Positions 7,285 through 17,652 of a stretch of 64,000 nt of DNA are shown here, piece after piece. The DNA is taken from the NCBI GenBank assembly GCA_964291215.2, contig OZ219790.1, forward strand, positions 864,001 through 928,000, in the 5' to 3' direction. The translations under genes and the position numbers were made by a program. Below the pieces are notes generated by a model, which searched no databases, was not told the DNA's origin, and saw only the letters and a list, made by a program, of their open reading frames with translations. Origin of the DNA: Alphaproteobacteria bacterium (lineage in GTDB: Bacteria > Pseudomonadota > Alphaproteobacteria > MPNO01 > UBA830). The number at the start of each line of letters is the position of its first letter. The first letter of the stretch is position 1.

Positions 7285-9714
7285 ATGAATATCGAGAGGC
7301 TGTTCTGGGACCTTTACAAGGCACAGACCGAGTTGGAAGTCGACAAGGTCCTAAAGCAACACGGTCTCGACGCAAACCCAAATTACTGGCGCCCTTATGG
7401 GCAGAACGAGAGCAACTTCGGGGTAGTGGAGAATCAGCAATCCTCACCCATTCCTGCGTTGATCGAGAAGATCACCAACGGAATCGATGCTATCCTGATG
7501 CGCGCCTGCATCGAACATGGAATCGATCCCCGGTCAGAGGAGGCGCCGCGCTCGATCAACGAAGCGCTGGATTGCTTCTTCCCCGACCACAAAAACTGGG
7601 ACTTGGGGCGACAAAGGCGTCAGCTTGCCGAGCGGCTTCAGATTCTTGCCGACGGTCCGCGGATGGAAACCTCGCTCGTGATCTATGACGATGGCGAAGG
7701 TCAAGCCCCGGAGGATTTCGAGAAGACCTTCCTGTCGCTGCTGCAAGGCAACAAGAACGACATCCATTTCGTCCAGGGCAAATACAACATGGGCGGTGCC
7801 GGCGCGATCGTGTTCTGTGGCATTCGGCGGTACCAACTCATTGCCTCGAAGCGGTTTGATGGCAGCGGCGAGCTCGGATTCACGCTTGTACGCCGCCATC
7901 CCCTGACAGCCGATGAAGAATGGCGCAAGAAAGCGACCTGGTATGAGTATCTGGTCGTCGGCGATCGGATTCCTGCCTTTGCCTGCGGGGCATTGGAGCT
8001 GGGTCTGCATAATCGAAAATTCAGAACAGGCACCGCCATCAAGCTGTATTCCTACGATCTACCCTCGGGATCGCGGTCGGTCATATCGCGCGACCTAAAC
8101 CAGAGCATCAATGAGTATCTCTTCAACCCCGCACTGCCGGTCTTCACCATCGACACCCCGGGCCGCTATCCAGAAGACCGGAATCTCGAACGCGACCTGT
8201 ACGGACTGAAGCGGCGTCTCGAGGAAGACGAGAGCCGATACGTCGATCAGTTTTTTTCCGAGGACGTGGTTGACAAAGAGATCGGACGTATCCGGGTGAC
8301 CTGCTATGTGTTCAAGGCACGGGTGGAAAAGCGTACCGCCAAGGAAACCCGCGAAACGATCCAACGGGAGTTTTTTAAGAACAACATGTCGGTCCTGTTT
8401 TCAGTGAATGGACAGGTCCACGGGCATTACACGTCCGAGTTCATCACGCGGTCGCTAAAGTTTCCGCTACTGAAGGACTACCTGTTGGTTCACGTGGATT
8501 GCGCCAACCTCCGCACCGAGGTCCGCAATGAACTCTTCATGGCCTCACGCGACCGCCTCAAATACGGCGCGGAGTCCCGGAACCTTCGGCAAAGGCTCGC
8601 CAAGCTTCTGGCCAATGGCCGCCTGAAGGAAATCCACAAGGAACGCAAGGCGAATATAACCGTTGAAAGTGGGGATACCGAGGAACTTCTGCGTAACCTT
8701 ACGCGGAATCTTCCGATCCGCGACGATCTGGCGGACTTGCTCAGCCAAACCTTCAAGCTTGGCGACAAGCGAGACGGCAAGCGAAATGAGAAGGCGAAGG
8801 AGACTTCGCTGAGAGAACCGAAGACAAAGCCTGTGTTCGACCCGAAGCGGTATCCGAGCTATTTCAATATTGATGCCAAGCCGGCCAATGGCGAAGCGTT
8901 TCCCATGGTGCAGGTACCACTTGGAGGCGAGCGCACGATCCGATTCTCCACGGACGTCGAAGACCAATATTTCGACAGGGTGCAGGATACAGGAGACCTA
9001 CTGATCGGCCTGCTGGAGTCGGGCTCCAACGGTGGAGAAGACGGTCCAGGCCAGCCCCGGGATATTCAAACCGTTCTCAACGTGGTCAAGTCGAGCCCTC
9101 AAGACGGGACGATTCGGGTCGTGGTGACGCCGACCGGGGAGGCGAGGGTAGGCGACGCCATCAAACTCCAGGCATCTCTGTCCAGCCCGGAACGATCACT
9201 GGAGCAGATCTTCATGGTGCGGATCGGGGCGCCGGAAAAGAAAAACACCGACCCCAAACAGGGAGACCAGCCTGACACCCGGCTCGGCCTTCCCGAGCCC
9301 CGCATGGTCTACAAAGATGAAAGCCGTGGCAAACTTACATGGGATAGACTGGAGGAGACCGGCGTTTCAATGAACCACGATGTCGTCGTCTGTCCGCTAG
9401 TCGAGGGCAACACGTTGAGCGCGGTCTTTATCAACATGGATAGCAATGCCTTGCTGACACATCGTGCGAAGCTAACCAAAGAGGAGGCGATCGCCAATGC
9501 TGAAAAACGATATGTATCTGCGGTCTACTTCCACACCCTGTTTCTCTACACGATCACGAAGAACCGCAAGTTCGGGATCGTCCAACAGAAGGAACAGGAA
9601 GACGACGTACATGTCGAGGTCACCGACTACATTTCGGACCTGTTCAGTACTTTCTATGCGCAGTTCCTTCTGAATTTTGATACTCAGGAATTGATCGCTG
9701 CACTGGAGGCATGA
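7285..9714 (+). CDS. Large GHKL (Hsp90/MORC/MutL-fold) ATPase, uncharacterised
   Basis: GHKL boxes EKITNGIDA, DDGEG, GKYNMGGAG, TGT; ATG at 7285 preceded by GAGGAGG. Confidence 0.75.
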   Translation: MNIERLFWDLYKAQTELEVDKVLKQHGLDANPNYWRPYGQNESNFGVVENQQSSPIPALIEKITNGIDAILMRACIEHGIDPRSEEAPRSINEALDCFFPDHKNWDLGRQRRQLAERLQILADGPRMETSLVIYDDGEGQAPEDFEKTFLSLLQGNKNDIHFVQGKYNMGGAGAIVFCGIRRYQLIASKRFDGSGELGFTLVRRHPLTADEEWRKKATWYEYLVVGDRIPAFACGALELGLHNRKFRTGTAIKLYSYDLPSGSRSVISRDLNQSINEYLFNPALPVFTIDTPGRYPEDRNLERDLYGLKRRLEEDESRYVDQFFSEDVVDKEIGRIRVTCYVFKARVEKRTAKETRETIQREFFKNNMSVLFSVNGQVHGHYTSEFITRSLKFPLLKDYLLVHVDCANLRTEVRNELFMASRDRLKYGAESRNLRQRLAKLLANGRLKEIHKERKANITVESGDTEELLRNLTRNLPIRDDLADLLSQTFKLGDKRDGKRNEKAKETSLREPKTKPVFDPKRYPSYFNIDAKPANGEAFPMVQVPLGGERTIRFSTDVEDQYFDRVQDTGDLLIGLLESGSNGGEDGPGQPRDIQTVLNVVKSSPQDGTIRVVVTPTGEARVGDAIKLQASLSSPERSLEQIFMVRIGAPEKKNTDPKQGDQPDTRLGLPEPRMVYKDESRGKLTWDRLEETGVSMNHDVVVCPLVEGNTLSAVFINMDSNALLTHRAKLTKEEAIANAEKRYVSAVYFHTLFLYTITKNRKFGIVQQKEQEDDVHVEVTDYISDLFSTFYAQFLLNFDTQELIAALEA

Positions 9715-9715
9715 G

Positions 9716-10365
9716 GGGCGTGAGTCTGGCATGGCGATGGCGGGACCGGTCGGCTGACCGGGCTCATGCGGCGCGCTTGGGGGCGTAACCGGGGCAGTTG
9801 TTGTCGTTGACCGGGGTATCGGCATCGCTCATGAGGCCTGCCCATGCGCGGTCGAAGCGTCCGGATTTGATGAGGGCGCGTATGGTGAGGACGGCCGCCC
9901 GCCGTGGATGCGCCATCGCATGCCGGAGCGCTTCATCCTCTGTGCGACGAGGGTTTTGTTCGCGGCCTCGACAACGCCGGAGCCGATGGTGATGCCCCGG
10001 TCGCTGAGGTTGCGGTATCGCATGCGCTTGCGGTGCTTGCGGAAGAAGGCGAGTTCGCGCTCGACGGCGTTGCGCGCGGATCACCTTGGCGACGCCGCAC
10101 GGGTCATGACGCAGGATATGGCGGTAAGTCTCGAACCAGCGGGGATCGACGGCATGGTGTGGTGCGGTGCGATTGCTTCAGAACGACATCCTGCCCGCCT
10201 TCGGCGGGCGGAGCGGTCCCGCTTCCGGCCCTGCCACCGAGCGGCCGTGACAAAATCCCGACCCCGAAACCCCGATTGTCACCGATCGACCCCAAAGGCC
10301 ATCCGAAACGAACATAAAATTTCAATAAATCAAATGGTTGCAATCGCCATACGGGACCTGCACCC
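9716..10365 (-). mobile_element. Internally deleted ISKra4/ISLre2-like IS remnant
   Basis: MRY....RGITIGSGVVEAANKTLVAQRMKRSGMRW motif of ISKra4/UPF0236 transposases; imperfect GGG-starting ends. Confidence 0.65.
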
Positions 10366-10444
10366 GTGCAGACCTGAAAAGCCGCTCATATCCGCAGACT
10401 ACAAGGGACTCGGCAAGGTCACGCCATCCTCAAATGCCGGATTT

Positions 10445-10495
10445 AGGGTCAATCTTCGACGCCGATCCGGGGTCAACTTTGAACGCCGATTGACA
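10445..10495 (-). mobile_element. Orphan IS21-family terminal repeat
   Basis: Minus strand TGTCAATCGGCGTTCAAAGTTGACCCCGGATCGGCGTCGAAGATTGACCC: TG end with two tandem transposase-binding repeats. Confidence 0.65.
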
Positions 10496-10505
10496 GTCTA
10501 CGGCT

Positions 10506-11771
10506 TTATCTAATTTTTTTCGGCAATTCCGCTGTATTATTGCCGCTTGCTCTTTGATACCTTTCGAGTAATGTCGCTTCCGGGTAGTTTTTTGTGTTCT
10601 TCCCGACCATGTACCACAGCACTTCACGTATCGTCACCTTATGGCCATTAAGCATGATCTTCTTGGTCGGCTCCCACATTAGCCACCGAAACGGCTCTTC
10701 GTTTAGGTTATTGGGTAGCTCGGCCACTAGTTTGACGGCCCGATCAAGACTAATGTCTTTCGTTAATCGCGCGATCACGCGAGTCATGATCTCCAGTCCG
10801 ATAGGACGATAGAGAACATGACCTCCGTGGCTACCGCGATACCTCTTGACCACGGGTTCGGTGTTCTCCGCGCTAAAAAACTCATCAAGAGCTTCAAAAT
10901 TCTTCTTAAGTTGAAGAAAGTATGCTTCAGCGAACTCAAAATATTTATCCAAAATTATATCATCCGGACGCACACGCTGCAAATTTGGCCTCTGATTCTT
11001 CAGATCGGATTGAGCGTTAGTGAACAATATCGTCAGGATATCGTAGAGATTGGCAATCGTGGTCAGGCTGGTCGTGTTCGCGGTTGGCATATTGTTGCTG
11101 GCAACGAAAGCGACCTTGTTACCAGTGAAAAGTTCGGTTTGTTCAATGAGTCGCCTTACGCAAATGGCCATGACATCGTCCTCATCAAGGGCGATGATTT
11201 CCCCTTTAGAAACGGGGCGTGCAGTCTTGTTCAAGGTCGTAAACAACCGACGTGTGCGCTCCAACCCTTCTTCGGTATCTTTATGTCCAACGAATATGAC
11301 AGAAAATTCATCATAGAGGCCGTTGTGCAGACCGTCTTTTATAGCCTTCTTGATGCCAGCCAGACGATGCTGACCGTCGAGCGCAAAAAGCTTCTCTCGC
11401 CCCGTGAGCGTCAGAAATCCGACGGAGGAAACCGTATCCTCGGTGAGGTTCTTCAACTCTCTACGGGCAGTCTTGCTCCGAACATCCGAAAGGGCGTACC
11501 AACTAGGTTGGCCACCGTATGTAGCGACCACAAGGGAATTAAAGAAGTGCTCGGGTTGTCTCTTGAGATAATCCGCGATCTGTGTAGCCCGGCCTTTCTT
11601 TAGGTGCCGTTGTATCATGTCCGAAAGCGCTTCGTTCTCGTGGATTTGCTCCGCGTAATTGACGCGCGAACTCAGCTCACCAATGTCCATAAGGCATGAA
11701 TAAAAAACCCAATCGCCCATGACACCACGGAGAGCCGGCAGTACGATTTCTTTTTGCTTTCTTGTCATCAC
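10506..11771 (-). CDS. DGQHR-domain (DndB-like, ParB-fold) protein
   Basis: IQR, LFALDGQHRLAGI and LFTTLNK motifs. Confidence 0.85.
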   Translation of the reverse strand: MMTRKQKEIVLPALRGVMGDWVFYSCLMDIGELSSRVNYAEQIHENEALSDMIQRHLKKGRATQIADYLKRQPEHFFNSLVVATYGGQPSWYALSDVRSKTARRELKNLTEDTVSSVGFLTLTGREKLFALDGQHRLAGIKKAIKDGLHNGLYDEFSVIFVGHKDTEEGLERTRRLFTTLNKTARPVSKGEIIALDEDDVMAICVRRLIEQTELFTGNKVAFVASNNMPTANTTSLTTIANLYDILTILFTNAQSDLKNQRPNLQRVRPDDIILDKYFEFAEAYFLQLKKNFEALDEFFSAENTEPVVKRYRGSHGGHVLYRPIGLEIMTRVIARLTKDISLDRAVKLVAELPNNLNEEPFRWLMWEPTKKIMLNGHKVTIREVLWYMVGKNTKNYPEATLLERYQRASGNNTAELPKKIR

Positions 11772-12322
11772 CGGAACGCCTTCCGTTTTTGCTTTATATC
11801 GGCGTCGATGTCTCCTTCGGAGAATGGCGGCAGCAACGCCGTGTTGAGCTGCTTTTCGAGCGCCTGTAAATCATCTGAGGAAACATCATCATCGATGGGA
11901 GCAAAGTAGAACCGTAATACTTGGTGCCAAGTTCCGATCATTCGTGCGATGCGAGCACGCTTTAGGACCTTCTTGGCGTTAAGATAATCCTTATACCGTT
12001 CCCTAAGCGGGCGTTTGGAATCGCGTCCTGCAATTCCGATGTAAAGAACGTACCCATGAGGCGGAAATACATCATTAGTGCTCGAGATCGCGAAGGCGTA
12101 AATGCCTCGCTTATCAGCAGGAACCCTTCCCAACTCTTCTTCGCCGTAGCTGATAGAATCCCACGCAAGGGCTTCAATGGCGAACTCATTCGCCATCATT
12201 TTATCAGGCGACAAGGTAACGGGAACCGTATACTTGTTGATTTCCTCGGCTGCCTCGTTTGCAAAATCTGTCAAGGATTCCAGATCCACCGTCCGTGCCC
12301 TCGCCTTCATTATTTGTGACAT
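11768..12322 (-). CDS. GIY-YIG family nuclease
   Basis: GIYAF...VLYIGIA, conserved Arg (LRERYKDY), Glu helix (ALEKQL), terminal PPF. Confidence 0.7.
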   Translation of the reverse strand: MSQIMKARARTVDLESLTDFANEAAEEINKYTVPVTLSPDKMMANEFAIEALAWDSISYGEEELGRVPADKRGIYAFAISSTNDVFPPHGYVLYIGIAGRDSKRPLRERYKDYLNAKKVLKRARIARMIGTWHQVLRFYFAPIDDDVSSDDLQALEKQLNTALLPPFSEGDIDADIKQKRKAFR

Positions 12323-13149
12323 GCCAGACAGGCTTTGGCCCTGCCATACAGATCATCGATGTCCAGAGGTTCCCGGTCGGGCCGAAGTGGATTGATTCCG
12401 CCGCGTGAACGCATCCGCGCTAGCCTCAGTTCGTGATCGCGTCTGATTTGCGCGATGCGCTCCGATCGTTCCAGCTCTTCGAGAGACTCTCCCTGGCTCC
12501 ACGTGAACGGCGAGCCGTGCTCGACGGCGTTCTTTTCGTAGGCTTTGGCTTCTTCGAAGGCCGCGGGGTGTTGTTCCCTGAGCCGCACCCACTCGATTTT
12601 TTGCTGGAAGAAGCAGAAGGTGCAGCCGCTGCGTGTGCGCCAAGCGTAATACGCTGGCAGACCGAGCCCCGCGCCATCAAGGATATCCAGCACACCCGCC
12701 TTGTCGACACCGGCCTGTTTGAAAGGCAGCCTGATGACGAGGCGGTCGTGCTTCGAAGTGTAGCCTTCGCGATATTCCTCGTCGCTGCGGATCGCGACAT
12801 AGCTGTAGACGATAGTGCCAGCCGCGAGGATCGGTCGGAGCCATTGCTCGAACGGCCGGAGCTTGAGTTGCCGTGTGCACCAGCGCGTCTGGGGTGACGG
12901 AAGAAAGTCGTTGTACTGCTTGAGCCAGAAGTCGAAGTCGCGGTCGGGGTTCAACCGCCGTATCGGCTGTCCGAGAAATCCTTCGAGTTTCCCCAGATAC
13001 TCGTAGACCTCGGGCAATTCCTTGCCCGTGTCCGTAAAGAAGTAATCAATCTGCAACTCGGGATGATGCTGTCTCATATGGACGGCGAGCGCCGCGCTGT
13101 CACGCCCACCGGACAGGCCGAGGACATGTTTCACGGAATCGGACGTCAT
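12310..13149 (-). CDS. sspD: PAPS-reductase family protein, SspD-like
   Basis: PP-loop SGGRDS, RWCT..LK, RSGCTFCFFQ, C-terminal CLACHK; operon context. Confidence 0.75.
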   Translation of the reverse strand: MTSDSVKHVLGLSGGRDSAALAVHMRQHHPELQIDYFFTDTGKELPEVYEYLGKLEGFLGQPIRRLNPDRDFDFWLKQYNDFLPSPQTRWCTRQLKLRPFEQWLRPILAAGTIVYSYVAIRSDEEYREGYTSKHDRLVIRLPFKQAGVDKAGVLDILDGAGLGLPAYYAWRTRSGCTFCFFQQKIEWVRLREQHPAAFEEAKAYEKNAVEHGSPFTWSQGESLEELERSERIAQIRRDHELRLARMRSRGGINPLRPDREPLDIDDLYGRAKACLACHK

Positions 13150-16100
13150 GAAGCGACTCTCCCATTACGTTTCTCTTCCACGGGCGCAGGCTGCTGCATG
13201 TAGCGCGTGCTGAGTTCTGCCAGCGCCGCCAGAATGATGCTGCGGTGACTGTTATCGGCTTTCTCAAGGGCGGCAGCCACGCGCTCGACAAGTTCGTTGA
13301 CGGCGGCGCGGTCGGTGTCGGCAATTTCGAACTCCTCCAGCAGGGGCGCCGGGCGGCCGTCCATGCCGATGACGACGGCAAGGGCCTGCCGTTTGTCGGG
13401 ACGTCCCTTGACGCGCGCATATGTCTCCGTGCGCAGGAACTTCTGCGCCATGTCGGCAAGCTCGATTGCCGCCCGGTCCAGGTCGGGATCGACCCAATCG
13501 CGCGGAGGCTTGTTGGCGGCCAGGCTGGCAATTCCTTCGAAACTGTCGTGAGAGCCATCGAACTGCATGAGCCGACCGACGAAGGCGTCGAGACGGAAGT
13601 CTCCGGCAAGCTGCCTGATGTTCTCTGCGCGCTCCCGCAATTCCGCGAGGGCCTGCGGGGAGCAGTTCGGCACCTGCAACTCTGCGAGCATGAGGTCGCG
13701 CAGGCGATACAGCATGGAGGGATAGGCCTGTACCAGCTCTTCGAGCCCTGCGCGGACGCTGCCGATGACACCGCGCAGGGCGTCCTCATCGCCAAGCGAA
13801 ACGTCTTCGCCCAGCGTTCCGGGGATGTCATCGAACAGGAACTGGTTGGGGTCGTGTGCCCGTTTGAAGAGCTCGCGGATGCTCACGGCATTCGAGGACA
13901 GCCGCATTGTCCGTTCGGTCCACCTCGGAAGCCGGTCGTAGATCGCAACGAGGCCGCGGCCGACATCGATCGGCTTCAGATATGTGAGTTCATTCGTTTC
14001 GTCGAGATCACGCACTATCTGCGCCATACCCGAAAGCAGACCCCGGGCAAGGCCGGTGAGGTCCATCCAGCGCAATTGGACAAAGGCTGCGTCCTTCGCG
14101 AGATAGTCCACGTCCACATCGTCGAATATCGCCCGGAACACGCCGTTCCGATAGACCGCGAGCCTGTCGCGCTGCGACAGGATGAAGGCGACGGCGAGGA
14201 TCGGCATGAGGCCATCCTTGACGCCGAAAGGCGGTTGCCTCCACTCATCGAACAGCTCGGAGATGGCGACCGCGCGATTCGCGTTCTGCTCCACGAACTG
14301 GCTTGCCCATTCCCAAATGGGGCCCAGACGGCATGGATCGTCGTGGCCTGTCGTCGGCGAAACGAATCGCCAGGCATTTTCACTTCGGGCATAGAGGCCC
14401 GTCGCTTCAAGCAGGGACGCAAACAGGCCGCGCTCGGCGGGGAACCCGTCAATGCCGAGACGAGGCGCGCCCTGGTTCAGAACCATGCGTCGAAGGAGAT
14501 TGTTCTGCGCCGCGATGGCGTTGCTGGACGGCTTCCTTCGGTTGAGAAGCTCGTTGTGCAGGCGCGGCGACTTGTCGAAACGGCGATCTGCCAGCTCGGA
14601 GGCAATGCCGTTCAGGTCCGCCTGCCGGAAGCGCTTCGCCCGGTGGCCCTTGCGAAACCACAGGGCGCTGTCGAACGCCTTGTGCAACTCTGTTTCCAGG
14701 ACGGCCTGCAGGGCTGCAAGCCGTGCGGAGACTTCTCGCCGGGCAACGGTATCGCCAGCCAGTTCCGGATGAGCGTCGGCGACGCGGTCGAGAGCCAGCA
14801 GTTCACGCGCGAGCGGCATGATGGTCCAGGATCGCTGGGAAATTCCGACGACCGTGTCCCATTCATCACTGCAACGCGCCGCCTTGCGGCACAGCGCTTC
14901 GGCGTTTCTCCTGCTTTCTCCCCCGGTCGGGATGGTGAGGAGGAACTGACCGATCGCGCCGTTTCTCGGTCCGGGGCCGGTTGTGAATTCAGCGAGTCCG
15001 CCGACGGGAACAATGTTCACGTCGAACCACCGGAGCGCGCCTGTATCGTGATAATGGCGTTTGGCGAGAATTGGCTGAAGTCCCGCCAGGGATTCGAGTC
15101 CCCGGAAATCGACCTCGCCGGTCTCGTCGAGCGCAGCGCGGACGGCCCGGTCGATGTCGAAATCGCTGCCGGCAAATATCGCGCGGGCGTCGAGGAACTT
15201 CTTGAAGATCGTGAATGACCACGTGTCCAGCTGCGTGAGCGTTTTCTCAAGCTCGCTGTCGGAGACCTCGGGGAAGCAGGTTCGCAGAAGCCCGGAATTC
15301 GGAACGAGGCCCGAGTTCTCCTTGAACAGATCGATGACCGCGATCGTCTTGAGCAGGCGCACATGAAGGGCATCCCCGCCGATTGCTTCACATCGCTCCA
15401 GTGCTTCCGCCGCCAGCGCCCATCGGTGCCCGTCGGGAGAGGCAAGGATGGATGGCTCAAGGTTGACGCGCAGGTAGTCCCAAAGCCGCTCCGGGCCGTA
15501 AAGGTGCCTGCCGGAGGCCCTGTTGAGGAAGTCCTGGAATCCGTGTGGCTCGGCGGAGTTGAGGAAGCCGAATATGCTACGCTGGTTCTGCCCGAAACGG
15601 CGCCGCGAAATCGGTCCCAGCAGACACGAGACGACCGGATGCAGTGGCCAGCATGCTTCGAGCACGGCGGCCAGCCTTTCCGCGTCGCGAGGATGCCCCG
15701 GCAGCGAAAGCCCTGCGACGGCGGATGCGAGTGCGCCCGGCTTCGTCGGGCGGTGATCGCTGTCGATGGCGCGGGAGATGAGGTCGATCTGTTCCTCGCC
15801 CGCGGTGTTGACGACGAGATCGACGAAACGGCCCTGTATCTTGGCCCATTCATCGCGCATTTCGTGCGACAGGCGGCGGGCATACTCCTCGAATGCCTGA
15901 TGCAGCACACCGACCATCAGCAAGCGCCCATTGCTCCGGGACGCCGCTTCGGCAAGTTGCTGGAGGATGTAGATGTCGGAGCCGTCCTGGGCCGCGGCTT
16001 CGAGAAACTTGCCCATCTCGTCGATGAAGAGGACGAGCCCGCCATGCGTTGCGGGCTTTTCTGCCGCCGCGCCGGTCAGCGTGGCGATCAGGTTGGCTTC

Positions 16101-16541
16101 GGTCCAGCCGCCCCGCGGTTGGCGAGATACAAGTCCGGCTCGCTTTACAGCTTCGCCGATGACCGCAACGGGGTTGTCGCGCCGGGCAACCACGGGAAGG
16201 ACACGCCAGCCCTTCGAGCCGGCCGGCAATGCCTCCCGGACCGTCCTCGTGACCTTCCGGCCGAAGACCCTGGCAGCTTTTGCGCGCAATCGGGCATTGC
16301 CGTTCAGCAAGGCGCTGAACGCGACGATCAGGCTCGACTTGCCGCTGCCGTAAGGGCCGGTCCAAGTATATGCGCCCTGTCCGGTTTCGGAAACATGCCG
16401 GGCCATCGTCAAGAGAATGTCGGCGAAGGATTGCGGACAGATGAAGCCTTCAAGGCTCGCGGCATCGCCGAAGTCGGAGTCGATGCGGACCGATCGGAGG
16501 AAACGGCGGGCAATGCGGACACGATCGCCGAAAGGCATCAC
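13146..16541 (-). CDS. sspC: Large P-loop ATPase, SspC/BrxC-like
   Basis: Walker A GPYGSGKS, Walker B FIDEMGK, EWAKIQGRF, WPLHP, QNQRSIFGFL; 1131 aa. Confidence 0.75.
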   Translation of the reverse strand: MMPFGDRVRIARRFLRSVRIDSDFGDAASLEGFICPQSFADILLTMARHVSETGQGAYTWTGPYGSGKSSLIVAFSALLNGNARLRAKAARVFGRKVTRTVREALPAGSKGWRVLPVVARRDNPVAVIGEAVKRAGLVSRQPRGGWTEANLIATLTGAAAEKPATHGGLVLFIDEMGKFLEAAAQDGSDIYILQQLAEAASRSNGRLLMVGVLHQAFEEYARRLSHEMRDEWAKIQGRFVDLVVNTAGEEQIDLISRAIDSDHRPTKPGALASAVAGLSLPGHPRDAERLAAVLEACWPLHPVVSCLLGPISRRRFGQNQRSIFGFLNSAEPHGFQDFLNRASGRHLYGPERLWDYLRVNLEPSILASPDGHRWALAAEALERCEAIGGDALHVRLLKTIAVIDLFKENSGLVPNSGLLRTCFPEVSDSELEKTLTQLDTWSFTIFKKFLDARAIFAGSDFDIDRAVRAALDETGEVDFRGLESLAGLQPILAKRHYHDTGALRWFDVNIVPVGGLAEFTTGPGPRNGAIGQFLLTIPTGGESRRNAEALCRKAARCSDEWDTVVGISQRSWTIMPLARELLALDRVADAHPELAGDTVARREVSARLAALQAVLETELHKAFDSALWFRKGHRAKRFRQADLNGIASELADRRFDKSPRLHNELLNRRKPSSNAIAAQNNLLRRMVLNQGAPRLGIDGFPAERGLFASLLEATGLYARSENAWRFVSPTTGHDDPCRLGPIWEWASQFVEQNANRAVAISELFDEWRQPPFGVKDGLMPILAVAFILSQRDRLAVYRNGVFRAIFDDVDVDYLAKDAAFVQLRWMDLTGLARGLLSGMAQIVRDLDETNELTYLKPIDVGRGLVAIYDRLPRWTERTMRLSSNAVSIRELFKRAHDPNQFLFDDIPGTLGEDVSLGDEDALRGVIGSVRAGLEELVQAYPSMLYRLRDLMLAELQVPNCSPQALAELRERAENIRQLAGDFRLDAFVGRLMQFDGSHDSFEGIASLAANKPPRDWVDPDLDRAAIELADMAQKFLRTETYARVKGRPDKRQALAVVIGMDGRPAPLLEEFEIADTDRAAVNELVERVAAALEKADNSHRSIILAALAELSTRYMQQPAPVEEKRNGRVAS

Positions 16542-17521
16542 GCGGCCTCCTTCCCGGCAAGCGCCCCGTAGTCGTCTGGAATCCGGGACAGGATTGACCC
16601 GTCGTCGAGGTCGATGTTGCGTTCAACCTGCCTGAGGCCGGCGGTTTCGGACCACTGCAAGGCGCCGTCCGTTGCCCCGCCGAGGGCGGACAGGCGGTCG
16701 GCGACATCGTTCTCGTCGAAAAGGAATACGCGCCCGGGGCCACCGGGGGCATGTGCAATGGCTTCGAATGACAGGGTAGATGCAGTGGAATACTGTCGCC
16801 AGAAATCCAGGAGCGCATATATGAAGATACCGTTACCCAAGGTTGTCTTCGCCCCGCGCACGAAACGGAATCCGTCTTTCTGGCCAACAGCCTTGATAAG
16901 GCCCAATTCGGTCAGCGGCGATTCAAGTGCGTCGTCGTGGCCCGCATTGCCTGAAGGTTGACGCGCGACATAGGTGCGAATGAAGCAGGCGACATCGTTC
17001 CTGATCGTCTTGCTGGCGGCGCGGGACCACTGGCGGTCCGTTGCAAGACGATCGAGTCTCCTGATCAGTGACTCTCGCTCGAAGGTGACGGCGGGGTAGT
17101 GGTTAAATGCCCAGAACCATGTCGTCTTGTCTGCATGAGCTGCGAACTGCCAATGGATGAGCCACAGCGTTGCAGGATGCTCCATGTACGGGTCAAGACC
17201 TTCGGAGCCGAACAACAGGCGACCGAGTGTCGTCGTGCGAACCGAATTGGCCGCAGGCTCCTCGACCACGCCGGCTGCCTTCGCCCAATGGCGTATGGAC
17301 GCGACCATGTTCCTGCCGACGCCGAAGCGCGCTATGGCCTCTTCTCCCCAACAGGCAGCCCGGTTCTCGGGCCGATGCTCGGTCCCTGCGACTCGGTCGA
17401 ACGCCTTCTTGAGCCATCCGTAACGGAGCGGGAAGGTCTCATGGCCTGAAAACTGCGGGTTGTAGGTGTTCTGATAGAGCGGTCCACGCACCATTCGTTC
17501 CTCGGCTACTGGACCCTGCAT
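16538..17521 (-). CDS. sspB: DUF4007 protein, SspB-like
   Basis: FSGHETFPLRYGWLKK, FGVGRNMVASIRHW, DPYME...TLWLIHW, SPLTELGLI, ETAGLRQ motifs. Confidence 0.8.
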   Translation of the reverse strand: MQGPVAEERMVRGPLYQNTYNPQFSGHETFPLRYGWLKKAFDRVAGTEHRPENRAACWGEEAIARFGVGRNMVASIRHWAKAAGVVEEPAANSVRTTTLGRLLFGSEGLDPYMEHPATLWLIHWQFAAHADKTTWFWAFNHYPAVTFERESLIRRLDRLATDRQWSRAASKTIRNDVACFIRTYVARQPSGNAGHDDALESPLTELGLIKAVGQKDGFRFVRGAKTTLGNGIFIYALLDFWRQYSTASTLSFEAIAHAPGGPGRVFLFDENDVADRLSALGGATDGALQWSETAGLRQVERNIDLDDGSILSRIPDDYGALAGKEAA

Positions 17522-17652
17522 CCAGTGGTTCGACTCTAGCGCACGGCCTGTGCTACGGTCAACGGAAACTGGAGACCTCCGCCAGACGGAGACACAGGGC
17601 CGAATCTCGACCCTGCGGTACCCACCAAATCACGCCAACATATTGTTATATA

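Noticed and set aside
12310-17521. Type 4 BREX
   Set aside because: Shares DUF4007, PAPS-reductase and ATPase components, but no pglZ or brxL is visible in the window.
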